From the NCBI GenBank assembly GCA_951406725.2, contig OX597816.1:93434001-93498000 (forward strand): 64,000 nt of DNA, read 5' to 3'. The position numbers and the translations under genes are program-made. Source of the DNA: Octopus vulgaris. Taxonomy: Eukaryota. The notes under the pieces were generated by a model. The model was not told where the DNA came from. It made no database searches and worked only from the letters and a program-made list of their open reading frames with translations. The first letter of the stretch is position 1; each line of letters opens with the position of its first letter. Shown here in pieces: positions 37,721 through 49,690 of the stretch.

Positions 37721-38604
37721 AGAAGCAGAGGCAGCTTTATTCAAGTGGATGATATGTGTTAGGGTATGAGAGGAGGAGGAGGAGTGACAAGATAGTCATC
37801 ATACAGGCAACTGACAGAGGGGTACAAAAGTGACAGAGATGATAAGGTGGTGTTAGGCTGCAGGAGTAAAGTGGGGAGGTAGGCATGGTACATGATGTGA
37901 GGTAATTTGGTTCGTGGGTGAGAGTGTGTATATAGATGTATCATTATCATCGTCATCATCTTCATTTAACATCCATTTTCATTCCTAGCATGAGTTGGAT
38001 GCGTTGACAGAAGGTGGCAAGCTGAAGAATTGCCTGGGCTCCACAACTGTTTTGACATGGCCTCTACATCTGATTTCGTGTCATGGCTTCATGTCTGATT
38101 CTATGATGATAACATTGTCCACATATACAAACATGCATCTTGCACATCTTAGTTCATGAGCAGAGACAACCTTGATGGATCAGGTAGGTACATAATACCA
38201 AATGGTTCCAATAGCTGACTATTCATCCTAAGTACTGAGCAGATGTTGCTGTGTATTGGTTCCTTGAAGATGGGCCAGATCATGAGATCCAGACCTTTCC
38301 AAAACAACAACACTCTATCTGCCAATGCCAGTCACCTTGGAGATAAGTAGCTCTTGTATCCACTGAAAATGGGCATGAAGGCTCATGGCTTAGAAACTTT
38401 GATCTCACTGACAACCACCACATCTATATTTAGTGACAAGAGGTGCTGCTTCCAAGATGACCTCAGATATTTACACTCCTATTCTGTATAAAGCCATGTT
38501 CAACAAAAAGAAGGAAAATGTGAATGAGAAAAAAGCCTACTTACAATAATTCTGTAATGAGAGGATGGGTGTTCTGTTCTTCTAGTTACTTGATAATATT
38601 TACT

Positions 38605-38789
38605 CTTATCGGTGAAATGCTTAGTGGTATTTCATATGTCTTTATGTTCTGAGTTCAAATTCCGCTGAGATTGACTTTGCCTTTCATTCTTTTGAGGTTA
38701 ATAAATTAAGTACCAGTTGTGTACTGGGTTCAATCTAATCGACTGGTCCCCTCCCCCAAAATTTCAGGCCTTGTGCCCAGAGTAAAAAA
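38605..38789 (+). mobile_element. SINE family B
   Basis: gaaatgcttagtggtatttc..gttctgagttcaaattccgctgag..gactttgcctttcatt..aagtaccagttg. Confidence 0.85.
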
Positions 38790-38791
38790 TA

Positions 38792-39299
38792 TTAGGTTGA
38801 GGAAAAGTTCATGCACTATGTTGAAATAATGCTTTTTTTATATATTTTTATGGTGTGTGTGTTCATTCAGTTCATGTCATGTTCAATGGTGACTCACTGT
38901 GTTCATCAAAAATGCACTTTGTTTCAACAAGACAATGTAAAGCCACATACCACCAGAAAGACCAGCAACAAGATTGAAGAATTGGATGGTGTGGAAGTTC
39001 TGCCACATCCAGCCTATAGTCCAGACATTGCTCCATCTGACCATGGTCTCTTCCAATCAATGCAGCACTTTATGAAAGGTCACTAATTTGAGTCATTCAA
39101 TACAGTTGAAGAAGCCTGTCAACAATTTTTCGATTCAAAGCCGAAGGATTCATACTTTGACCAAATCTGAAAGTTTGCAGATCATTGGCAGGTCATGGAA
39201 AATTATCTTTATTTTTAAGAATAGTTGTTGTTTTTGAATAAATTCTACCATAAAAAAATCATTATTTTAACATGGCGCCCAAACTTTTCCTCAACCTAG
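38792..39299 (+). mobile_element. Internally deleted mariner element with both TIRs
   Basis: TA-flanked TIRs ttaggttgaggaaaagtt / aacttttcctcaacctag. Peptide QQDNVKPH..EVLPHPAYSPDIAPSDHGLFQSMQHF. Confidence 0.93.
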
Positions 39300-39386
39300 T
39301 AATATTTTCTCTTACATCTGCGACTCTTTCAGGATATTTATTGTTAATTATATGCACTTTGTGGTGGGGGGTTTATGTGTATTTTT

Positions 39387-39800
39387 TTCATCTTTTACTT
39401 GTTTCAATCATTAGACTGTGGCCATGCTGGGGCACAATCTTGAAGAACTTTTAGTTGAATGAATTAACCCTAGTACTTACTTTTTTCAGCTTGGTACTTA
39501 TTTTATCCTTCACTTTTGCTGAACTGCTAAGTTACAACGATGTAAACACGCCAACACCAGCTGTTGAGCAGTGGCAGGGGACAAACACAGACACAACACT
39601 CACACACACATATGCATGCACACACACATATATATACAATGGGCTTCTGTCAGTCGTCATCTATCAAATCCACTCATAAAGCATTGGTCAGTCTGAGGTT
39701 ATGGTAGGTGACACTTGCCCAAAGTGCTGTGCAGTGGGACTGAACCTGGAATCAAATGGCTGGGAAGCAAGCTTCTTACCCCACAGCCATGCCCATACCT
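39387..39800 (-). mobile_element. SINE family A
   Basis: Complete head-to-tail match to the family, moderately diverged. Confidence 0.88.
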
Positions 39801-41216
39801 ATAGTTTCTCTACATTATTTATTGTTGTGATGAAATTATTTTGAGTAATGTTCATGTGTTGATGAATGTGTTTCATTAATTCTTTATTGTTCCAATTTAT
39901 GGTGATATAACTCACACTTCTTTGTGAATATTCTTGCTTTTGGTTTGAGTGCAGGTTTAGTTTTACCAATGCTTATGATACTGGTTGTAGCTGTGAGGGT
40001 GGTTATAATAATGATGGTGATGATGATGCTGGTAGCATTAGTGCTGTTGATGTTGGAGATTCACATCAACAATACTAAAACTACCAATGCCATCATCACT
40101 ATTACTGAGTATTTGGAGGTGTTTCTTTCATCTGTTTGAATTTCTCAGGTTTTTAGGGGGGAAGGCACATATTTTTTTTCCTTTCTCCTTTTTCCCTTGT
40201 TTATTACTTTTACCATGTGCTTTCTTATTTATCACTTTCACCACATAACGTGTGAGAACGGTCCAAGATGGGGAAGGTTACATCTTGAGAATCATTGCCT
40301 TTTTGTTTTGCTGTTGTTTGAGGGCTTTGAGCTGAACCAAAACATAACTCAGCCCATTGCACTCCAATCAAAACAAGACTCCCTACATTTCAATTCATTG
40401 CAGTATAACACTTATTAAATACATTTCATACAATCTGCCTTCCCTGTTAAACAAAACAGTAGTTTCCAAACAGTTGTTTCTCTTCCTCAAACGTATTGTT
40501 AATTCCATTGTAACACAAATGTTATCACCTAAAACGTACATATTATCTACCGGTTCTAACAAACCATCTAATTATTCCACTGTCTTCAGTTTATGACTGT
40601 GCAATTGTTCTTTCATTTAATGCTTCTAGTGTTGTGGTGTACTAAAAAGATTTGATTTCCTGTTAGCCTGCCAATGATTCCTCTCTGTATACTATGTATT
40701 CGGTAAACTTGCTATGTAATTAGCATTAATGTAACAAGAGCAGTATATTTCATTCCTTTTCTCAACAAATGACCCCTTTAATACAAACAACCACTTCATT
40801 ATAAATAATGCATTCAGTAAGAGTCAGCAAGACAGACTCTTTGTAGTCATTTGACCTGCTAGAAATAGCAGCAAATCTTTGTGAAATCACACCCTGACAT
40901 ATAAAAAAAAAATTTTTTAAGGCAATATAGTTCAGGTAGCACTATTCCTGGTTATAGCTAGAACTCTTTTGATCATAAATGACTGACTCAGGAGTAAATA
41001 ACAACAACAACAACTCTTTTAATAAGAAAGAAAAATTCTTCTAATGTGTAAATGTATTATTCTAATTAATCATTTTGTAATGTAGTTAACTCAAATCAAA
41101 TATGATGTAATACTGGTGATAATGTATAAACTTGTTTCATGGTCAGGCTATCAGCAACTATACTGTCAACTCCAATTTAGGGTCTTTACCCTGGTGTTAC
41201 ACATTCATATCTATGT

Positions 41217-41434
41217 GTATACGTGTGTAGAATACATCCCCACTTTTGGTACTATTTTATTAGTAAACAGTACGAACTGTGTCTAAAGTATATAAGTATT
41301 ACTACGCTGAATGTCGGACAGTTCATGTAACATGTAAAGCAAATAAACACGTAAAACAATAACAATACCTATCACCCATCAGAAACTACACATAACATGG
41401 TGACAGCGGTGGGATGTATTCTACACACGTATAC
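41217..41434. mobile_element. MITE with perfect 24-bp inverted ends (TA-associated, Tc1/mariner-pogo type)
   Basis: gtatacgtgtgtagaatacatccc (41217-41240) / gggatgtattctacacacgtatac (41411-41434). Confidence 0.85.
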
Positions 41435-42279
41435 CTACGTATACGTGTGTATGAAGGTGGCTGGACACTCTGAGAGGACAAAAATGCAATACATGTCTTT
41501 AAGAAAGGCAAAACTCAATAACAGTAATTCATGAAACCTGCCGAGTGGGACCCAAGTAAGGCTTTTATATATAGCATTGCTAACTATCTTGACAATACCT
41601 GTATCTGGTTCTCTCTCTCTCTCTCTCTCTCTCTCATATGTATATATACTGGCCTTGCCTTTCCTCTGAGATAGGAAAACCTACATAAGGCCTCTGGTAG
41701 GTGCAAGGACCTGAAACAAATGAGTCTTTGCTAAGATGCTAAGAATGATTCTTTTCACATTCTCAAATATGAGAGACATCTGCAGCCCTATAGTTCTGCA
41801 ATGAATTAACAAGTGAACTGACCAAAACTGTATCCAGCTACTTCTACGTTTGTTTCACTTCCTTTCTTTTTTTTATTTAAAAAATACATCAATTAGATGA
41901 AGAGATAACAGTGTCTATGGCTTTCCTAGGCCTTCTCATACTGGTAAGAATGGGATTTATTCCTAACCTAAAAATATACAAGTCAGTGTGTGCAGAAAAA
42001 ACATATCCCCTAGGTATATGTCATACTCCCAGATATTCAATATACACTGAGACGAGAGTAGCTCTCAATTATATTAATTGCGATTTTAGAGCCTATGATA
42101 TAACCACCTATTTCAGAAGATAGTGAAAGGAGTTGAGCATTAGATGCATCAGCTCTCTTTGAGTCATCTCTTTTCATTGTACGTGTTTTCTCCATATTTC
42201 TTTCTAAGTACTTCTCATACTTCTAATCCTACTGCTTATATTTCTAATCAGTGTATATGTTAGTCTACTGGCTATACAT

Positions 42280-42695
42280 TCTTTTATTTTTTACTTGTTT
42301 CAGTCATTAGACTGTGACCATGCTGGGGCACTGCCTTGATGAATTTTTAATTGAATGAATCAACCCCATTACTTATTTTTTTAAGCCTGGTATTTATTCT
42401 ATCAGTCTCTTTAGCCAAATCTCTAAGGGACATAAACACACCAACACCAGTTGTCAAGCAGGGATGGGGAAAAAATACAAAGATGTATACACACACACAC
42501 ACATATATATATACACACACACACACATATATATATATACACACACGTGTGTGTGTGTGTGACAGGCTTCTTTCGGTTTCCATCTACCAAATCCACTCAT
42601 AAAACTTTGGTTGACCTGAGGTTATAGCAGAAGACATTTGCCCAAAACACCACACTGTGGGACAGAATCTTGGGAAGCAAACTTCTTACAACCCA
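42280..42695 (-). mobile_element. SINE family A
   Basis: Tail, internal CA/TA tract, core and a degraded head. Confidence 0.87.
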
Positions 42696-44071
42696 GTTGT
42701 ATCCTATTTATCAATGCTGTTGTTAGTCGTTATAGTTTTGTTATTGTTGTAGTTATTTAACTATGGATCAGCTGCTATAATCAAAAAGATGTTCCAGCCA
42801 AGGCCATTACTCCTTATTTTCAAGCATTTGTATTTTTAAGAATCCATTATCTTATGGGTTTACCCATGGCTTTAGGCATCTTATACTTAGGATTACATCA
42901 TCTAAAGTATCCGGTTTTGAACACGGTAGGTTGGGGTTAGTGTGTGATTAGGCTGTTATTTCAACCTTGTTGAATAACTGAGTAACGACTTTCCAGTCGA
43001 CTTGAACGTACCAGCAAAATGATAGTTCATTCGTCAATGCATTTACTAGCTTAAAATGTTGTAAGTACTGGTGTTGGATGTATTGCTATAAACTACGTGA
43101 CTTGGTTATCTCAGCCAATCTCAAAACAAATAAATAAATAAACAACTAAATAAATTAATTAATAACTAAATAAATAAATAAAAATGAAACCTCCCAATTT
43201 TTAAATTTCAAATAAGTTTAAAGAAGTTACCTCCCTTGCATCTTTCAACCGATAACAGCTTTCTTCTAATTTTGTTCCTGTAGCTTACTGTTGAGAAGTT
43301 TTGCTATTTCCATAATTTTTAGACTTTCATTTGTACAATTGGGCCCATTCATTTGACCACATAATAACAATTGTTTATAATCATTCAAGATTACAGGTAT
43401 GTTTTATATATAGTAATACATATGTGAATAGTTAGATACGTTTAATTGAGTTTTATCTGTTACGATAACTTAGCTTAGATCACTGTAAACAGTGAAAACT
43501 TCTCGTCCATCAATGTTAGGAAGTGACAGGAGTAACCGACAGAAAAGAGGTGTAAAACCACTACAAAACCACTTGTGAAGTTGCAACTGTCTGATAAATA
43601 CCGAAAATGATATATGGGTCGCGTACGGACCGCACATGGTGACCATTTTATATGCGTGTGTTTGTTGTTGCTGAAGGTATGTTACGTTCTATGAAGGGCC
43701 AACTAAATTTGCTTTACGTGGAGCAGTCAAAACCCACACTATGCCTTTGAATACCAACAGGATCTGGATAAACCAATGCGGACTTGGGCAAACCACAGTG
43801 GATCATCCAAATCATGCGTATTGTTTCCGTCAGGTTTGCTTACAAGAATAGCATAAACTGTTCATCCACAGTCTCGGGTAACTGGCTGCATAAACTACAA
43901 GCTAGTCATCTACATAGTCAATCCAAATAAAAAGCTGGGAGTGGAATGCATTACACCAGACAGAAAAACTATACGGCAGCCAGGTTAGTGAGTTACTTAG
44001 GCCGGACTTGATAGGGAATGATCGTCATCAGCCAGTGGTAGGTACCCCTGAAGACAACTAATATAGATATG

Positions 44072-44481
44072 GGACCTTTTCGGTTTGAACTGCAGTTTTT
44101 TCTAGCGGTGTCATATGAAATTGTCACCCATAATTATGACCCTAGTATCGAGCTAATGCATTTCAATCTGTTTTAGGGTTAGGAGTGGGGGAAGGGTATC
44201 TTTTTTTCTTCACAAATGTAAATAAACCCAATCTGTTTCTTAAACGAGGGATATATTCATACGGCACAGAATGTTCTTTACCTCAATAGACGCCAGTGAT
44301 TGGTTAAAATTGCAGAAATTGAAGAAAAAACAACAAATATCTTACAAACTATAGAAATTTCTCAATACAGCCAAGAGAAAAAAGAATTTTTATAAACACA
44401 TTCTACCAGGGTACAAAGTTTTAAATTTTTTTAGTTACCTAGAAATTATGTTAAAAACTGCCGTTCAAACCGAAAAGATCC
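44072..44481. mobile_element. MITE with ~29-bp TIRs and 8-bp TSD (GG..CC ends; Merlin- or MULE-like)
   Basis: ggaccttttcggtttgaactgcagttttt / aaaaactgccgttcaaaccgaaaagatcc. TSD tagatatg at 44064-44071 and 44482-44489. Confidence 0.92.
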
Positions 44482-45081
44482 TAGATATGTTAGATAAAAC
44501 AGATAAATGGGAAACTGGTCAGCAAAATAGAAGAGCGATTAGGTAACATCATTTTTAACATGCTAGCAGCGAAGATGGTGTTCAGCCATTTCTTCGACTT
44601 GCAATTCGTTGGTTGTATTATCAGGTTTAAGATATATGCCCTTATATGTAATGGAATAAAGACCATTCGACAGGACTGAGTGACAGTGGCGCGACAAAGA
44701 AACAAGGCCACAATGCATTGTGGAGTATTATGGATGTGTGCAATTAGATTTATAGATGGTCGTGGTTTCACGTGGTGAAAACATCTAATAGCGTATCTGT
44801 TCAGAAAGCTGGAATAGATGCCATTCGAAGAACACTGTACAATGAATATCCACAGAGCCAAGCTGTAGCTTTTAAATGCCTTTTACTCCAGGTCACAAAT
44901 ATATACAAGCTGAATAAATCATGAAGGTTATTTACAAGTGAAGGCCATATCCAGTTTCTGTGTATCCTATGTTATAGTTGCTCAATGTCTTTGCAAGAGC
45001 TAAAGGAGGTCATGTCCTCGCACGCTCCTGTCGCGATGACAAAGAGAAAAGACTAAGTGCCGGGCCTCAGAGTTACATGCT

Positions 45082-45095
45082 GTGCCATCTAGTGG
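45082..45095 (-). promoter_or_regulatory. CTCF-consensus-matching motif
   Basis: Minus strand CCACTAGATGGCAC fits CCASYAGRKGGCRS. Sequence match only. Confidence 0.4.
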
Positions 45096-45139
45096 CAAAC
45101 TATTTAGACATCTACCGTCAGGGGAGGTAACTACGCTTA

Positions 45140-47560
45140 CAGAATCGAGATGGGTGAGTATGATTTTTCAGCAGTACTTTTTCGACTCATCGGAAGAAGC
45201 AGTGGATTAAAGATGGAGGACATCGACATCTACCAAGAAAACCTGCTGCAACTTTCACCAGAGTGACTGGAGTGCTGCAAAAAGCTGATAATCGCTGCTG
45301 AGATACGAGAGGTACTGAACAGTTGTTGAGAGGAAATTGCCGGGCCTGGATTATTTCTCCAACGGGATTTACGTATACATGTTAGATATGTTTGATAAGA
45401 TCTTGGCGGGTTATATACTGCATCTGGCAGAAAAATTCGGAGAATTTCCAGTTCTGTGGAAAGGAAAGTGAAAGTGTTGTTGAAGAAGAGTGCGAGTAAG
45501 GGGAATATCATCAATAATTTCAAACTTGTAACTCTGCTGTATGCAGCTTTTGAAAAAGCTCGTAAAGAAGTCGATACTTATGGCTAGGATCGCATGGACT
45601 AGTGTTATTCTCAGCGATCTATTCTTGACAACATCTATCTCAGGCAAAGCATCGTCGAAAGTTAGGCTACAGAGGAGGTCTGATTACCAATCGAAAGCTA
45701 TTGACAGGGTCAAAAACAGTTATTTCGTAGTTGTCTTCAGTGCAGCCGGTTTCGACTTTTTCAGAAGTTGGATTGTGGCCGTGTACAACGGAATTTGCTC
45801 AGTGGTCAGAATAACTGACCATCGATCAGAACCGTTTCAGATTACATGATCTGATTGTCAAAGGTATCCCCTCTCATCTCTTTTGCAATTTTTGACTCTA
45901 GAGTCATTACTGAATGTGCTGAGAGTGTTGAAAGGCGTCCAACTCGAACTGTGACGTGAAAAAGCCATGTCGGTTTATGTCAATAGCGTTACATACATGT
46001 TGCCGGGCATAGAAATCAGGATAACAGGCACTATTCTGAAGGAGTATGAGGTAACAGCAGAGGCATTGCTACTCAGCCTCTCAAAAAGAATGTTTAGATA
46101 GGGTAGTATATGTCGCTGAAGCGAAGGTCCAACTAAGCTATTTGAAATCCAGGAGGAATTATCAGCAAATACCCTGAGGATTGCACAGAAATGGAAACTG
46201 TATGTATGATATTTGCAATCATTTGCTGCCTTGTTACACTTCGCATCTGCTTAGACAGGAGTGTATGTTTTCTCGCGTTGTGTGTGTGTTTTCCTTTTCG
46301 CAAAGAAATGTTGGTTTTCTACTGGTCAGAAAATATCTGAAAATATGCAGGCATGTTCAATAGCATTTGCAAATATTGCTCTCTGGTAACTAGACGTAGT
46401 TCTAATTTCATTTTTTTTTTCTTCTTTGCAAGCACGTTTTCGTTACAGCTCATCTCTTCGTTCGAGCTAAACTTTCTGGATTGAACGAAGACTGAATTAA
46501 GTATCTGACATCTGGAATGATATTAACTACTAAATGCAGCTTGTTTCAGTTCACTCTTCGGAGGTTGGATCGCTATACTGTACACCTGCAACTACTAGGT
46601 GGTCAAACTATTAATTATTACCGTATGTTCCAGTTTTTATTTACGTACATGCATATCTTTCACTCTTTCTGGAAGAGCTGCATTTTTCTGGTCTGGAGAT
46701 CAGTCTTTTTGTCTATCCTCTGCGCAGAGGGCTCGGTCTACCGTGGCTGATGATATGCATACATGCGCTAAGGATGTAGAACGAGCAGATATTTCTGGTT
46801 AGTGAGAAGGTGTAGTCTCCGTTTATGGAAGATTTTTTTCAGCATATCTTTTTTTTATGGCGCCTTGAGTCAAACGAAGACCGCAACAGTACCTGGCATC
46901 TGGAATATTGTCAGGTACTCACATTTCTCTATCAGTGCAACGTGGACAGTTGTTCATTAGAGGACTATTGGTCGGTAAGATTGACAACGTTCTTGGACGA
47001 CGTTCTGATCGTCAATGAATATTAATTAAATAAGAATTTCACGCCAGAATCTATGGACTTTTAAAAATCTTTGGCCTGGTAGTACTATCGAGTAGAGTTG
47101 GATGTATTGCTGGTTCAGAATAAACGCTAAAAACACGTTAACGTCATCTGTCTGCGATACTAGCAAAGCAATGAAACCATTCTGTAATCATTCATTTTGT
47201 AACTGAGCATTGCTGACTTGTGAAGTTGTTGCCGTATGTAGGACGGATCTGGCAATCAAATGAGTTTAGCATGAGGATCTCCCCGGTACCGTTTCTTTGG
47301 CCGAGAGGGGTAGGCAATTTTCCTATATCTTGTGACCATGGCGAAAACGATTGCATAATGAACAACGTTGAAAAGACTAACGACTGACACCTTCTTCAAT
47401 CAATCTCCCATTAACTTCTTCAAGTTCTATTTGGAGGAACGAGAGTGGGCTTATTGTCAGCATATAATTTATGCTGGAGAACCAAGCTTAGATGGGTTAC
47501 TTACTCTTGGTAGACAGAGAATTTTGGATTGCGGGTTCTTTGACTGGTCTTAGGTGACTG
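45140..47560 (+). mobile_element. Heavily decayed L1/Tx1-clade LINE ORF2
   Basis: KLPGLD, VLLKKSASKGNIINNFKLVTLL, QSKAIDRV..AAGF..FRSWI..VY..SVVRI..SEPFQIT*SDCQRYPLSSLL (RQGCPLSPLL-like), YVNSV (YADD-like) and a C-terminal Zn-knuckle remnant near 47150 (CLR..QSNETIL). Confidence 0.85.
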
Positions 47561-47661
47561 TCTTTCTGCTGGGATGTTTCATGTTATGCATTTGCATATT
47601 ATTTTCTATGCCTACATATGTGCGTGTAGGTGGGGGGATTGAGGGAGGAGCAAAAATGTAG

Positions 47662-47968
47662 TTGAAGGAGCGTGGCTTAGTAGTTAGGGTACACAACTCA
47701 TGATCATAATGTTGCGAGTTCGATTCCCGGCAGATCGTTATGTCCTTGAGCAAGACACATTGTTTCACATTGCTTCAGTCCATCCAGCTGGCAAAAATGA
47801 GTTGTACCTGAATTTCAGATGGCCAGCCTTGTCACATCCTGTGTCACCCTACATTAAGGGTAATCATGTCTGTGGAGCATTCAGCCACTTGCACATCAAT
47901 TTCACGAGCAGGTTGTTCCATTGATCAGATTAACTTGAACCTTTGTTGTCATAATTGATAGAATGCCA
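47662..47968 (+). mobile_element. tRNA-derived SINE related to family C (CORE-like)
   Basis: tggcttagtagttagg..gagttcgattcccgg, gtccttgagcaagacac, cagctggcaaaaatgag. Confidence 0.8.
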
Positions 47969-49134
47969 TTTTGAAAATATTTTAGAATGTGCTGCCTCCC
48001 AGAAAATTTGCTGAAAAGTGAATGAGGATGGCAAACAGGTTTCAGCAAATGGGTTTGCTTTAAGCATGACCCTGTAGATTGAGACAGAACCTTTGCTTTA
48101 GTGGTCAAGGTGACTATGATTCTGAGAGTTTTCCATAAGTAACACTCTGAGATACCCTCCTTTTGAGGAATTATTCTTTGTTTGAATTTTTTATCTTTTT
48201 ATTATATTATTTTCCTTTTGCATGCTTTTTTATGGTTTCTCACACTGTATGTTACTATACCAAACTCCATGTTTTTTACCATCATCATCATCATCACCAT
48301 TATGACACATGTGTCAAACACACCCTCCATCCTTCATCTTTCCAACTTTGTCACCCAATTTTTCTCAGCTATTTTTCCAATTTTTATTAATTCTATGTCG
48401 GAAAGTACAGAGATTGCAATTCAGAAAAACAAATATTTTGTAAAACTTCCGTTTTTTTTGTTTTAAATTTCCACTTTTCTCTTAACTTTCAGGATATTAC
48501 ATCCCTATATCAATTTTCTAGACATTTTGAAATTCGTCAGGTCATTTGTAGATGTGAGAATGCATGTTGCACCTGCAGATGAAATACAAGAAGCCTTTAA
48601 TGCAGTTACTTGAGAAGCATAATAACCACTTGAATGCTACCATGTTGTGAGGAAAGAAAAGTTGGGATACAATAGTGACAGTTTAAAAAGTGTTAATGAT
48701 GTGTTATAAGAAAGAACCACTTCACCACTTAGGTAGGCCTATGAAGATTGACAAAAAGGATCAGAAAATTTGTCTTGTTTTGCGTAATTAAGACAATTTG
48801 AAACAATTAAAACAATTTGGATGCAGACTCTGTTTTACTTTTTCATTAATGAAAATGGAGTAGATTGGGGGCAATATTTTTCTTAGCATTTCATTGGAAG
48901 TCGATTGATGTAAGTGAGAGCAGCTATCCTGAGGCATTTCTTATTTCTGTCAGGTGGGTTCAGTTATTCCAGTAGCTGGAGAAGTGGGGATATAAAGCTT
49001 TAAACATTTCTTCGAGAAAGTAGAATTATACAGATGCAAAATGCAAACTCTACTTTCGTTTCTTATTATTAAAGGTGGGGGGTTGGGGGAGTTGAGGGCA
49101 AAAACTTACCTATTACTTTGGTAGAAGTATAAAG

Positions 49135-49453
49135 CAGCAAGCTGGCGGAACATTAGCACTCTGAGCAAAACACTTAGCAAAATTTCATCCATCATTACAT
49201 TCCGAGTTCAAATTTCACTGAGATCATATTTGCTTTTCATCCTTTCAGAGTCGATAAAATAAGTACCAGTTGAACACTGGGGTCAATGTTATCTGCCTAC
49301 TCCATCTCCTGAAATTTCTCTCCTTGTGCCAAAATTTGAAACTGTTATGATTGTTATTGTTACTGGAGAACTGGCCAAGTGCATAGTACCAACAAACCCC
49401 AATCCCTAAAAATTGCTGGCTTTTCACCTAAATGAGACACTAGGATTATTATG

Positions 49454-49498
<45 letters not shown>

Positions 49499-49690
49499 GA
49501 TTAAACACACTCGGAAAAATTCTTAATGGCGTTTTGTCCACCTTCATGTTCTGAGTTCAAATTTCGCCAAGGTCGACTTTGCCTTTCATTCTTTCGAGGT
49601 CGATAAAATATGTACCAGTTAACTAAAGAGGTCAATGTCATCAACTTACATCCTCTTCCAAAATTGCTGGCCTTGTACCAAAATCTGAAA
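49135..49690 (+). mobile_element. Tandem SINE family B copies (49135-49345, 49500-49690) around an (ATT)n tract
   Basis: Repeated gagttcaaattt..ctttcat..gtcgataaaata.gtaccagtt motifs. Confidence 0.8.

Larger units (their letters stand above)
43220..45135 (+). mobile_element. Ancient Kolobok-like DNA transposon relic (interrupted by a MITE)
   Basis: Frameshifted + translation of 44490-44860 gives KWETG..LGNIIF..FDLQF..YYQV*DICPYM*W..LSDSGATKKQGHNALWSIMDVCN*I..HVVKTSNSVSVQKAG. From memory this resembles the GDGRxDSPGHNA..YSLMD..TSNSVAMEKxG transposase pattern. Possible THAP remnant at ~43735-43835. Inverted motif agttacctcccttg (43225) / caggggaggtaact (45119). Confidence 0.5.

Noticed and set aside
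44490-44861. 123-aa minus-strand ORF
   Set aside because: It is antisense to the decayed transposase-like motifs on the + strand.
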